Shown here: positions 52,796-64,000 of the stretch, in pieces
Layout of the letters: each line of letters starts with the position of its first letter
Numbering within the stretch: the stretch's first letter is position 1
From: Botryllus schlosseri
Taxonomy: Eukaryota
Direction: 5' to 3'
Assembly: GCA_051294905.1 (NCBI GenBank)
Contig: CM119371.1
Location: forward strand, 1,614,001 to 1,678,000
DNA length: 64,000 bases
Made by a program: the position numbers and the translations under genes
Notes under the pieces: generated by a model
Seen by the model: the letters and a program-made list of their open reading frames with translations, nothing else
What the model was told of the DNA's origin: nothing
Databases searched by the model: none

Positions 52796-53707
52796 CGTTG
52801 AACTGCATAAAATGTCGGGGCAGTTTCATGCTATCTGTAAGAAAGGGTACCGTATAATAATTGTAAGTGATATATACAATAGACACCCAGGTTGAGATAG
52901 ATGCCGACATTAATGCCACTCAATTAGAATAATTAAATATTTTCAGGCGGAGTCATGGTGGTAGCAAACATTGTTGCTACTCAAGAACAGTACCGATACC
53001 GTACTGAAATATTAACTGGGAGAGTCCAGAGATTATTCATAACATTGATGCTAATCAGTCTAGTTGTTAAATTTTTCAATTCGTAACAAAAATTTCCAAG
53101 TAGACAGAAATGAGAGGGAGAATCCGATAATAATGTCACACTTAACTGATTTCTATAGACAATGACCCATAACACGAGCTACATTCAGGGCCGAGTATCA
53201 AAAATAATTTGGGCTAACCTCTTACTTACATGACAGAATAGACCAATCTTTATACCATACCGAAGTGAACAGGGTTTCAACGTCAAAATAGCTCAATTAC
53301 AGACACAATTTCAAATCTTCCTTGACAAAGCCTTTCAATTTCACAGTTGAATGATAAATGATCATTAAAAGCTTATTTTTCATCATGCTATAACTTGGAA
53401 ACTATACTTATGGTATGTAGGCTATTTCATTCAAAATAGATTGATATTTACTAAGATATATTCCACTAGGTTATGAGCCAAATTTATGAAAAATATGAAA
53501 CTAGATGGAATCCAAATCTATTATCATGGCACAAACAATCAATCCGTTACGCTGGATTGATCTCAACTCAAGGTTTAACTTGATCAGACTCGCAGCATTG
53601 TTTTACATTGAGGTAGCTACATATTATCTATAGGATTGTGACACAATGATTTGCGTACCAGTACTAAAATCTGAATTAAGTATCATCAACTCTACTGATT
53701 CGAGTCA

Positions 53708-53810
53708 AGGGTTGCCGGTGAACTCGGCACTTGGTGAATTCGGCCGGACGAACTCGGCACTTGGTGAACTCGGCACTTGGTGAATTCGGCCATTGGTGAA
53801 CTCGGTCATC
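53708..53810. repeat. 15-bp tandem array (ggtgaactcggcact) resembling a DNA-transposon subterminal region
   Basis: About six consecutive gaa(c/t)tcgg units. Confidence 0.75.
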
Positions 53811-54096
53811 GGGAAATTTTGTAATAAAGTGTATTAACAGCTATTGATATGAATTATGAAACTAATAATAGTATTATCAAGTGATTGGCAATCTTTTAAG
53901 GAGGTCAGGGCATGCGTAGATCACGCAGTCACAACGTGATTAGATCACTTGATCACGGATTGCGCAAGCGCGGGAGATAAGATAACACGACGTTCGCACA
54001 TCGAGCACGCGTGGTCGGCTCTACGGCTCAGTATTGATTTGACTTGGCGTGGAACGGGCGGACGACTTTTGAGAAGATGGATATCTGTGTTTTATG

Positions 54097-54300
54097 CAGT
54101 GGCGTATCCAGGGGGGGTTTCAGGGGGTCGGAACCCCCCCCCCTTTTCAAAATCATAAAAATTGATGTCAAATATAGCCTCTAATATTTGCTAATTTATT
54201 AGTTTAACATATTCGTTTTTACGTATGAAAAGGCGAATATGGCGTCTTAATGTTATTTAAGGGGACTATATAGTAAACACGCGGGGGAAAACTCGACCTG
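54097..54300. mobile_element. 5' end of a CAGTGGCG-type hAT-like element
   Basis: cagtggcgtatccaggggggg...ggaaccccccc; no matching 3' TIR found in the window. Confidence 0.5.
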
Positions 54301-54654
54301 GAATTGTTATCGCGATGGGTGACATAAATCCAACCGTTTTCCGAACACCGTTATCCACATACCAACCATCGTCAAGGAGATGTTTTATTCAGACATTTTG
54401 ACTCTGGAAAATCCAAAGCACGAGCCCGGACATCACAGAACTATCGAAGCCTATTGTCCAATTTTCCCAAAACATAAACGTCGATGTACAACAACACATT
54501 GCAAGTGGGTAACCGATGATCTTGATGGGTTGCATCAGCACAAGTGAATATGCGATTACACAAATGTATTGGAGTTGTTGTTGGTGTATATTTTGTCGCT
54601 ATCCGTTGTAACAATATACAAAAATATCAAATTGTCAGGTGTGTTTGTCAGATT

Positions 54655-55272
54655 TCAAAATGAAAATGGTTTTGTTACTCTAGGAAAAGCTAGATGACCA
54701 AGAGAAAATGTATTGTTACACTGGGTAAACGCCAGATCCCCCCAAAGGAAAATGATATTTTTACTCAGGTAAACGACGGACCACGAAGTGAAAAAGGTTT
54801 GTAACCCAGGGAAAAATATATTTCCAAGCGAAAAAGGTTTGTTACCCGGGGAAAAAATATATTTCCAAGTGAAAAAGGTTTGTTACCCAGGGAAAAAATA
54901 GATTTCCAAGTGGAAAAGGTTTCTTACTCTGGGAAAAAAATATATTTCCAAGTGAAAATGATATGTTTAACCAGGTAAACGACGGACTGCCAAGTGAAAA
55001 CGGTATTGGTACTCAGGTAAATGATAGTTTTCCAAACGAAAAGGGTTTGTTACCCAGGGAGAAAATATATTTTCAAAAGAAAATGATTAGTTACTCTAGG
55101 TAAAAGTATTTTTCCAAGTGAAAATAGTTTTTTGCTGTAGGAAAAAAAATAGATTTGTAAACGATAAGGGTTTGTTACTCTAGGAAAGGATAGATCGCCA
55201 AGTGAAAATGATAATTTTACACAGGTAAACGTCAGTTGTCCAAACCAGTATGATATTTTTACTTGGGTAGGT
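54655..55272. repeat. ~41-bp minisatellite (gttacccagggaaaaatatatttccaagtgaaaaaggttt)
   Basis: About 15 imperfect tandem units. Confidence 0.9.
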
Positions 55273-58200
55273 ATCTTGTGTTCAACGCTGGTAGTGTGAT
55301 TGGTCTTGTTAAACGTAGTTACCGAGTTGTACAATATACTTTTCGTGCGTATACAGTTACGAAGGGGGGTCGAAAATGAAATTGCTATTATGATCGTCAG
55401 AAGATTGTTGTATGTTGATTTGTCGGAGTAGCAACCCTATCATTCGCATATGACAAGTAAAATCATTACCGCGAATACATGTAGCTGGTTCGCTCGGTCT
55501 CGACCAATGTAAAATAGATGATTCGTTTTTTGAAACCGTAGCGAAGACCACATGTAAATCGATGCGATAGACTTCTACCCCCTTACATTCAGTCGTGTCG
55601 TGTCCATTTTAATACTGGACCCACAGGTATGACATGCATACACTAACGCCGTGAACAGAAATCGATGATTTTGATTATTAAAAATATTTCTTGACTACAT
55701 CGGAATGTCTATGTTGTAGAAAGTAAATACTTTTATGGAGTTGTGTGTTTAATGAAAGCGATTGGTTACAAGTATATGTTGGGGAGAGAAAATTTATTTT
55801 TCTATATGTGACGAAATGAAAATAGATTCGTGGTTTTAATTGAATTGTGACTGTGTTGTTTTAATGTACGTTTCAACAGGTAGACTTGACACTGAACAAC
55901 AATTCGACTCACAAAAAATGTTTGTTGTATGATTTGTCACTGGTGCGCAAAGGGTTAGAAATATTTTTGTATGATAATATCTACTAGCTGTTTTGTTGTG
56001 AGGGCGATCATGTGATGACTCAGCACTTTTCGTTAGCAAAGTAGATTGATCTATGTGAAAGATGTAAGGACCGTGACTAGAAAACATATGTACTTTCTTG
56101 TTGGGGTACTGCTATGGCATTGACATAACCCTCTGGAAGTGAGTATGCTTTTCTTTCGCGAAAGTTTACGTGGCCCCGTTGTAATAAATTTGTGTTAACT
56201 AAACTAGGATGGATACCGCAATTGTGCTGGACTCACACATGGTATTCGCATGCTGTGCACATATACAAACTTTTGTGTAAACAACTCTCTGATGTTTCTG
56301 TTAGTACTAGTTCTGTGTTGAACTATTTGATTATTAAGATACATGAACACCCATTCAGACAATAAAGTTCTTGTGATATCGAAACAGTTTGTAGAGTCTA
56401 ACCAACCATTCTTTAGTTTCGTAATGCGAGAATATCGAGTAAAGTTAATTACTTAGTGTGATGTTAATATCCTTCGTACTTTTGTAAGAGTTGTGGAGTA
56501 ACATACAAAGTAACTAGTTGACACAAACAAAATATTGAATGACTGCTAACGCATTGAGTTCATAATCCAAGAGGGTGAAATTTGTTCACTGTTGAACTAA
56601 CATAACTCATATATCCAGCAAAACAGATACAATCCGATGATGTGATGTTGGTCAATATCCATTTTGTAAAGATTGAGTAAATCCTCCTCCGTCAGGTGGG
56701 TGTGATTCAAATCAATAGCATGTTACACATAAACATCATTTGTATTGAGGGTGATATTGTGAAGATGATGCCGCAACAACACAACAAGTAATATTTTGTA
56801 TCGGGTGTTTGTACTTTAGGAATAGCGGAGTGTGCGATATTTTGGATATGTGTGCACGGTTGTAAACTACGGTTGTTCTTGGGTCTTGCGTCGAGTAAAT
56901 TAGAATTATGTCTAGAATTCAAACACATCCAAGTAAGTTCTTTAGCGACTATGATTACATCTACTTTGACGAGAGGAAATGGAAAAATTCAAATGGATAC
57001 TACTGACGAACACAAAGTGCAAAATGGTTTTATCAGATTTAGGTGCAGGATATCTTTTCGATTTCTTTACCAGAGTGTGTTTTACAAATAATTCCAGAAC
57101 ACGTAACTATAGGATACATTTGGAAAACATCGTGTAAATTGTTTCTTTGTGATGGTAACGACTTTCGGCGGCTTAGTTTCATGTCGGGAATTATTATTTG
57201 AGGGTTCAAATCGGTATCACTACTATGAACGACAATACAACAGATTTTTGTAGATTTCAGTGTAGGACATATTTCGATTTTAATACCGCTATGAGTTTTG
57301 TATATTACCCAAGTGTAGTAGAATAAGGTGCACCCATTGAAGATATTCCAGATCGTGATATTCTGACTCTATACGTAGTCGTTTCAATTAGCCGTCACGA
57401 ATTCGACCAATAAAGCATTTTGCGTCGGGTGTTCAATGTTTTAATAACGAAATTGTTGTTTCATCTTTAGTCTTGGTTACTGGAAACAATTACATTTGTA
57501 AAAATATTTTCTGATATCCGTAATACGCAGAGTGATTTGTACCAACATGGAATATCTTTCAAATCAAGAACATTTCGCACATGTAAGTCTAGTTTTACAA
57601 ATCAATATGTTAATAACAATGTTTCTGAAAAGTTTGTTGGTATCGTAATAACTTTCAACACAACCCCGGTCTAATTACGTCGTAATTTAATAATCAAGTC
57701 ATGATCTACTATTACAAAATCTGTCAAACCAATGTGTTAATAAGGATGCTTACAACATGATAACTTTCAATGTAACACCGGTGTTCGATCGTAAGAAATG
57801 AATTCTTAACTACGTTGGTCAGACATCCAAATATCATATACTCAAAACATATGTTAATCTCAAGTTGTGCGCACCGAGTAGTAATTACTTTAGGTTACAG
57901 AATAGTAACGACTTTTACAGTTGAATAAAAAAAAATACGACTTTGCGGACTATGAATACAACCGAACTTGCTATGGATTTTGGATTGTGGTGATTACTCG
58001 CGTAGTCTTGTCTACTTTTCATAAGGATACTGTTGAGTTGGTTGGGTAAGTTACAAACGGATTGACTTGACAAGGTTTTTGAATTTTACTCCTTTGAGTA
58101 TGGTAAGATGTTAAAATTTCGAGGTGTAATACTATTTCCATTAATTCAATTGTGACAAAAAATACCCAGATAACTTGTTCATGGTTTCTTTTGTTTCAAA

Positions 58201-58904
58201 TCAACATGTGAATAATCAGTTATTGCGACAAGTTGAAATATCGTACCAAAGTTGCGAGTGGGAACAGTACGCGATTGTGTAAGTGTGAAGACAGCGAGAT
58301 GGTGATCGTGTGAATAAATTAATCTGAAACGCAGTGGAGTGAAAGTTTACCCAACCTGTCTGGCAATCCTACTTCAAATCGCGATATGACAAAGTAGGTT
58401 GAAATATTCCCATTCAACTCATCGCATTGCAACTCGATCGTGTTATCTGCAAGCGGTTGTCAAGTTGGAAATGTTTACAACAATGGGCGATATTTCATTG
58501 ATTGACTCTATTGTGTGTAGTAACACATTAAAATATCGCGATAGTATTTACTGAAACTCTATTTGATAAACGGAGAACTCAGTCGTGAATAGAGTTGTAA
58601 GTTTCAAGGATTGTTTCAAAGTATGATCTTGAAATGTGACTGGATCAAAACTGGTAGTCATGTTTGTCAAAGTCCAAATATTTCATTCTGGATTATTTGG
58701 ATTTACTTTTAGTACATCCCGCGAATGGATTTAAAGTTGGCAAATTACCAAAATGATTGAATATTATCGGGTTAGAAATAGTTGGTATTGATTCTATAAG
58801 TGTTAAAACAGCGGCGTGGAATGTGTGAATGATCCGATGTGGGTGAATGTTGGCGTCAGTAATATTCAGGTTACGTTCGATTCGACAGATCGCGTTAATA
58901 GGAT

Positions 58905-59513
58905 TTGTCAAAGGATTTGAGTTGGGTCGAATCAATACATTCAAATACGATTCAACTTGATTTGTGTAGTGAGTTACATTTCAAAAGAGGTGGCGTTAGC
59001 CAATATCTCAAAGGTATATTCATCGATGGCAATAACGAAGAGATATCTTTCACGTGTTTCAATCGTGATTTGTTCGGGAACATTGAGAAAGCATTAACCA
59101 AACGAAAAAAACTCATGGTCAAATCCGGTTGGGTTCAAATTGATAAATTTACTGGAAAACCCGCTGTATTACTTGGTCGGGCTTCGTCAGTAACTCTACA
59201 TGGAAAATCGAGACATACGACTGAAGAATATCCATTATTGACCTGTGAATCGGTATACGGAAATAAAGATGAATACGTCTCGATCGCCGCTACTTGTGTT
59301 TCTCGAGAGGAGAAGATGGTCAATTCTGGTGCCGGAAAGGAGTTGAAATTATACAGTTTTATATTGAAGGATGATACTGGCGAGGTGGTTTTGGATCAAT
59401 GGAACAAAGCCTCGCTCGTACCCGGGAAGAAATATCAACTCACTCGTGTTAAAAACTGTGTCGGCAGCTTGAAAATCGATTCGTTAACTAGACTTGTTGA
59501 ATTGAAAGAATAG
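58905..59513 (+). CDS. RPA70-like tandem OB-fold ssDNA-binding protein (probably transposon-borne)
   Basis: Open 202-codon frame with two OB-like units: YLKGIFID...ISFTCF and YVSIAATCVS...LKLYSFILKDDTGEVVLDQW....LVPGKKYQLTRV; no N-terminal ATG (possible acceptor taatag| at ~58901). Confidence 0.7.
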   Translation: MSKDLSWVESIHSNTIQLDLCSELHFKRGGVSQYLKGIFIDGNNEEISFTCFNRDLFGNIEKALTKRKKLMVKSGWVQIDKFTGKPAVLLGRASSVTLHGKSRHTTEEYPLLTCESVYGNKDEYVSIAATCVSREEKMVNSGAGKELKLYSFILKDDTGEVVLDQWNKASLVPGKKYQLTRVKNCVGSLKIDSLTRLVELKE

Positions 59514-60184
59514 TTTGCATATTTGTATACCACAATACAATATTTCATTTCGCGTAAAATGTATGACCTATGTGATTCGACAACTGGGTTAGCGCGGTGT
59601 TGTTCTACTGATCGAGGTGTGAAAATTGTGCTATGGCGATGAAGTTGCGACTGTGAACAGCAGACTATTCTGTAGGCGCGAAACAGCGGTGTGAATAAGC
59701 CGAAAGTATTATTCAGGTAGCAATCAATAGCGAGGAAAGAGAACACGATCGGTCATTTGACACGACTAAACTACGACATCATATATCATAATTTACGATC
59801 AAACTATTTCACACTGACTGGTCTAGTGTAATAATCGATAGTAGCACACAACTACACGGAAACAATTCAGCGCGCAGGTCATTCGGAATATAGGTCGCAC
59901 TGCTTAATCCTCTTGCAAGCCACGTTTCCGTTTGTGCGGTTATTGTTGGTGACTATTCAACACCACGCGAGAGATGCCTGAAAGTACGAATCACGACCGC
60001 ACCCATAAGAACACATGGTGAATCAGTAGAGACCGTGTAATAATACACGATGATATACACATTAACAAAGGTTCATTCACATGACTATTTATTTGATACA
60101 CATTCAACACGAAGTACGACATGCCAACAACGAAGTCGCGTGCGACCGCTGTCTATGCTGAAAAGGGTTACCGTGCGACCACAA

Positions 60185-60400
60185 GACACAATAGCCGCTC
60201 GCCACCCCCGCCATAAGACATAAAAGCCGCTTGCCACCCCCGGTTTTCAGGCGCGTCACCACCCCGCCCATAGGAAATAAGAGCCGCTCGCCGCCCCCGC
60301 CATAAGACGCAATAGCCGCTCGCCACCCCCGCCATAAGAAATAAGAGCCGCTCGCCATCCCCGGTTTTCCAGCCGCTCGCCACCCCGCCCATAAGAACCC
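60185..60400. repeat. GC-rich ~31-bp minisatellite (gccgctcgccacccccgccataaga...)
   Basis: Seven to eight imperfect units, with a repeated ccggtttt variant. Confidence 0.9.
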
Positions 60401-62771
60401 CATTACGAATCGCGAGCGATCGTATATACTACTCAAGGTGTTGCGGAAAAATCATTCTTGGCGACTGTAACAAATTCAATGGCCTGAATAAGGTGACCCA
60501 ATGAAAATGTAATTTTCGGCGGTCTCGCATTGGCGTCCGTGAAATGGAAAACTATCTCTAATTTAAACGACAGAATTACTTAAACGATCTCTTTACATAT
60601 TGTTCCGACACGGTCGTGCTTGGCAGGGGTAGTTGAACTTTTTGTACTTGCAAGCATGCAAAAAGAGAATAGAGCCATACTATAAATAATTTAAAGCATG
60701 TTTTCAAATCACTCCTTTACAATTTGACGCAATATATGATAAAAATTGCACAAAAAAGAAAAATAGTGAAAAGTTGCAAAAATTTGCACTATAAAAATTT
60801 TATAATTTTATAATAAAATCCCTCCAAACAGCTTAAAACATCACTGTACATAGATTCTGAGATCTAGGAAGCTGTAAAAAGAGTTGCAAAAACTTGCCCT
60901 ACTGGTTACCTTTGGTCTAGTCTTTAGAGCGGCCAAAAAGATTTGTTAAACTCCTCAATTGGGAAATGAATGGAAATAGTTTGGGAACCCCTGACCTATA
61001 GAAGATATGAAAGTCATAGCAAAAAATACATTATTATTTCTAATCAGTATGTCGCCAGCACTAATCCCAGTAAAGATATGGTGATTATGGGTACAAAATA
61101 ATATTCATAGCCTGATTTCGTTGAAGCTTTTTGTCATATTTATTGTTACTGGGTGATTCTATATCAAATCAACCATTTAGTGGTCACCCAATCATGAAGT
61201 TCATTTACTTTAATATTGAATGCTTGAGATGGTGTCGGTCATAAAACAGCTTAGTCAGATCACCTCGTCTAAAGATACAATATTTGAACCTCTTGAACCA
61301 GACAATAAAATGAGATCAAGGGTAGAACCTGCTTAGAACACGACAATTCTCAAAAACAAGTCAACAACGTAAAATTCGAATATTGTTAGTGTAATGCTGT
61401 TTACAGAAATATTGCATACCGGTACGCTATAGTTTCAAGAAATACAAATTGTCTACTTTTGCCTACGATACATTACTGTCAAAACTTTAAAAGTACCATA
61501 TATATTTAATAACATCTCACTTGCTTAGCATTCAGTGTTGCCATATAGCTTTCATATGACACGGTTAATTAAAATTTGAAAGTTGACAAAATGAGAAGGA
61601 TACTCCTGTGATTTCCATGAGCAATGACCTCAAACTTGAGTTACATCCTGGTTCCGGACACAAATAACACTAATAACTTGAAAGATATGTCTATGATATA
61701 TGTTCATTGTTCATTCACGGGTCTCTATCGAGTTCCGCGCTTCAGGTTTTTTTCGGATGTGGCAGTGACGTCTTGCATACCACTACTCGAAGTACTATAC
61801 TGTGACGCGAGCTATTCTCTTTTTAGAGAGAGTGCCGTAAGTTCCAAAAGGTTAAGAACTACTGATATGAAAGTCCGGTTGTTAAATTATTCGAACCAGT
61901 CATTGTCCTCAATTAGGCTACTCGTCTGTGAATTCTTAGAAATTTCTGCTATTGGCATATTCTCGATTTAGGGCCACATCAGTATGACGAGCCGAATATC
62001 GGCGTCAATCCATGTAACCTAAAAAAAAACTGCGATGTTCCCTCCCAATCTAATGCTGGCTTGGCGTTTGGACTTTATTTCTCTATCGCTCTCTTCTGAC
62101 CCACCTCACTATTCCGTAAAAACATTTCTGTTGTTACCTGACAGTTATTGAAAAAAGCTACTGAATCCGGCGGCAGACTAGTCTCCTTAAGTGCAACAGC
62201 ATTTCTATCGTATATTTTTCGGAGGAAAAGGGGAACGGGGAACGGGGAGTTTTACTGTCGTTGTTGTTGCCGTCACGGTAGCTCGAGTTATTGCATTATG
62301 ACGTAACCCTATTCTCAGAGAGTTTAACCTTAGGTCACGGGAAGGTGATGCGGCGACCATTCATTGCGTATAAATAATAAATAAAGTGATTGTGGGATGG
62401 AGTAACGACAGAATTCAAATGCCCGGTTGATATCCATCCGCGACAGGGTTTGCTGTTGAGATGAGAATTATTAGGATTAGGATTTGGGAAAACAGGATTT
62501 GAGAAATTATGGTGGATTAGGATTCTGATTGGATTTACTGATTTTCGGAAGATTGATGTCCTGTGGCGAATGGCGACAAAGTTTTTCGTCCTATCAAGTT
62601 ACTTCATGGATTTTGAGCATTTTATCTATTTTTTACAGAATTATAGGCATTAGATATAGGCTTTCTAAGTGGAATGCTAAGTTTGAATCGGATTAGAATT
62701 GGGACTAGAATTGTAGTAAACGGAATTTTTGGATCAGAAAGGATTTGATGAGGACATTTGATATCATGCGA

Positions 62772-63353
62772 AGGGTTGTAACCAAGTCCCACGACTCCGA
62801 GTCACAAGTCAATGTCACTTTTATAGTTTTCACTCGAGTCAAGTCGAGTCAGTTTCAATTCACCACCGAGTCAAGTCCGAGTCCAAGTCATCGAGTTGGG
62901 GGTCGAGTCCGAATCATGGTATTATGACTCGAGTCCGAGTCCAAGTCATTGTATTGACTGATCAGTTTCCAGTTAACGTCTTGTTAAACCCACTTTTTAT
63001 ATCTCTGTCTGGTGATATCGAATGGTTCGCATTTATAGTATACTGATTTCCTCACTTTTAGCAGTTTTCGGTCGCATTTTCAAGTACCAGTACGAATAGA
63101 CGACAGTGTCGTTACTTTACTATTCTTCGAAATTACAATGAAATGTCGGTCTTGGCCGTCTTAGTCTCGAGTCATATGACTTGGTTCGAGTCATGCGAAA
63201 TGACTCGTGTCCAAGTCGAGTCAATACACAGATTGACTCGAGTCCAGTCATTTCCGTATTTTGGGAAAATGACTCGAGTCAAGTCGAGTCATCAGTAAAT
63301 AGTGACTCAAGTCGGACTCGAGTCGAGTCATGACTCGAGTCATTACAACCCTG
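62772..63353 (+). mobile_element. GACTCGAGTC MITE family A, near full-length
   Basis: agggttgtaa ... ttacaaccctg; flanks tcatgcga/tcatgcgt. Confidence 0.88.
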
Positions 63354-63427
63354 TCATGCGTGTATCAATGCATACGAATGTCGAAATATCCATTTAAATC
63401 AGGGACGAAACATGGATGAGGCGAGGT

Positions 63428-64000
63428 GGCATAATCGATACCGATTATGGGATACTCTACAAGCGTGAGCCGAATACAATTATGACGTATGCAGATGCTG
63501 ATTTTGGTGGAGATCGAGATGACAGAAAGTCAACGTCTGGATATGTAATAATGAAAAACAATGGTCCTATTGCATGGAGATCGAAAAAACAAACTGTAAC
63601 GGCACAGTCTACTGCTGAAGCCGAATTCATTGCGTTGAATCGCTCGAGAAACTGCATGGTTTCGTCAGTTGCATGACGAAATGGGGAGAAAGATTGATGG
63701 ACCAATCACAATATATGAAGACAATCAAAGTGCTATTGTTATGTCCAAGAATCCTGTCAATCACCAAGCAAACAAGTACATTGCAATAAAATTTGGTTAT
63801 ATCAAAGATGAACTTGATGGTGATAGAATTGAAATTCGTTATGTACCAAGTGATGATCAATTAGCCGATATCTTGACAAAGCCTTTACGTCGACAACCCT
63901 TCTGTTACTTGAGAGATAATATTGGTGTTACTCAAATGCCAGCATGATGAACAGTTAAAAATGTCCCAAGAGAAGGAGTGTTGAAAATGATAATTTGATA
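63428..64000 (+). mobile_element. Ty1/copia LTR retrotransposon 3' fragment: RNase H pseudogene, PPT and start of the 3' LTR
   Basis: YADADFGGDRDDRKSTSGY...WRSKKQ...STAEAEFIAL, frameshift, then IYEDNQSAI...DQLADILTKPL; PPT aagagaaggag (63968-63978) followed by TGTTG at 63979. Confidence 0.93.

Larger units (their letters stand above)
54600..60432 (+). mobile_element. Putative Helitron-like element (non-autonomous; 5' boundary uncertain)
   Basis: RPA-like OB ORF, two minisatellites, GC-rich hairpin tacga-atcgc-ga-gcgat-cgta (60404-60424) followed by ctac|t (degenerate CTRR|T); no Rep/helicase recognised. Confidence 0.45.

Noticed and set aside
54655..55272. Possible CRISPR-like array
   Set aside because: Units are contiguous degenerate tandem repeats without unique spacers; eukaryotic context; no cas genes.
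60104..60436. Gly/Ala-rich minus-strand ORFs
   Set aside because: Translations of the GC-rich minisatellite.

Overview
Eukaryotic, AT-rich, intron-containing animal genomic DNA (invertebrate, possibly ascidian-like; the taxon is a guess) that is mostly transposon-derived. (1) A minus-strand multi-exon NLR gene (ATG 16093, large NACHT exon 10246-11754, RI-like LRR exon ~9275-9684). It has a short N-terminus with no death fold that resembles an amyloid signalling motif, and in-frame TGA stops in all predicted post-NACHT exons. (2) A decayed, partially triplicated RBM28/Nop4-like multi-RRM gene on the minus strand (~30.6-50.3 kb). (3) More than 20 non-autonomous hAT/MITE insertions, many with readable 8-bp target-site duplications (TSDs) of both Buster type (nnnTAnnn) and Ac type (nTnnnnAn), including nested ones. 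(4) tRNA-SINE-like repeats and a ~600-bp foldback palindrome. (5) A ~6-kb Helitron-like segment (~54.6-60.4 kb) with two minisatellites, an RPA-like tandem OB-fold ORF and a 3' hairpin. (6) The 3' end of a Ty1/copia retrotransposon (RNase H, PPT, LTR start) at the right edge. No rRNA, bona fide tRNA or CRISPR was seen. All homology calls come from motif recognition by eye, not database searches.
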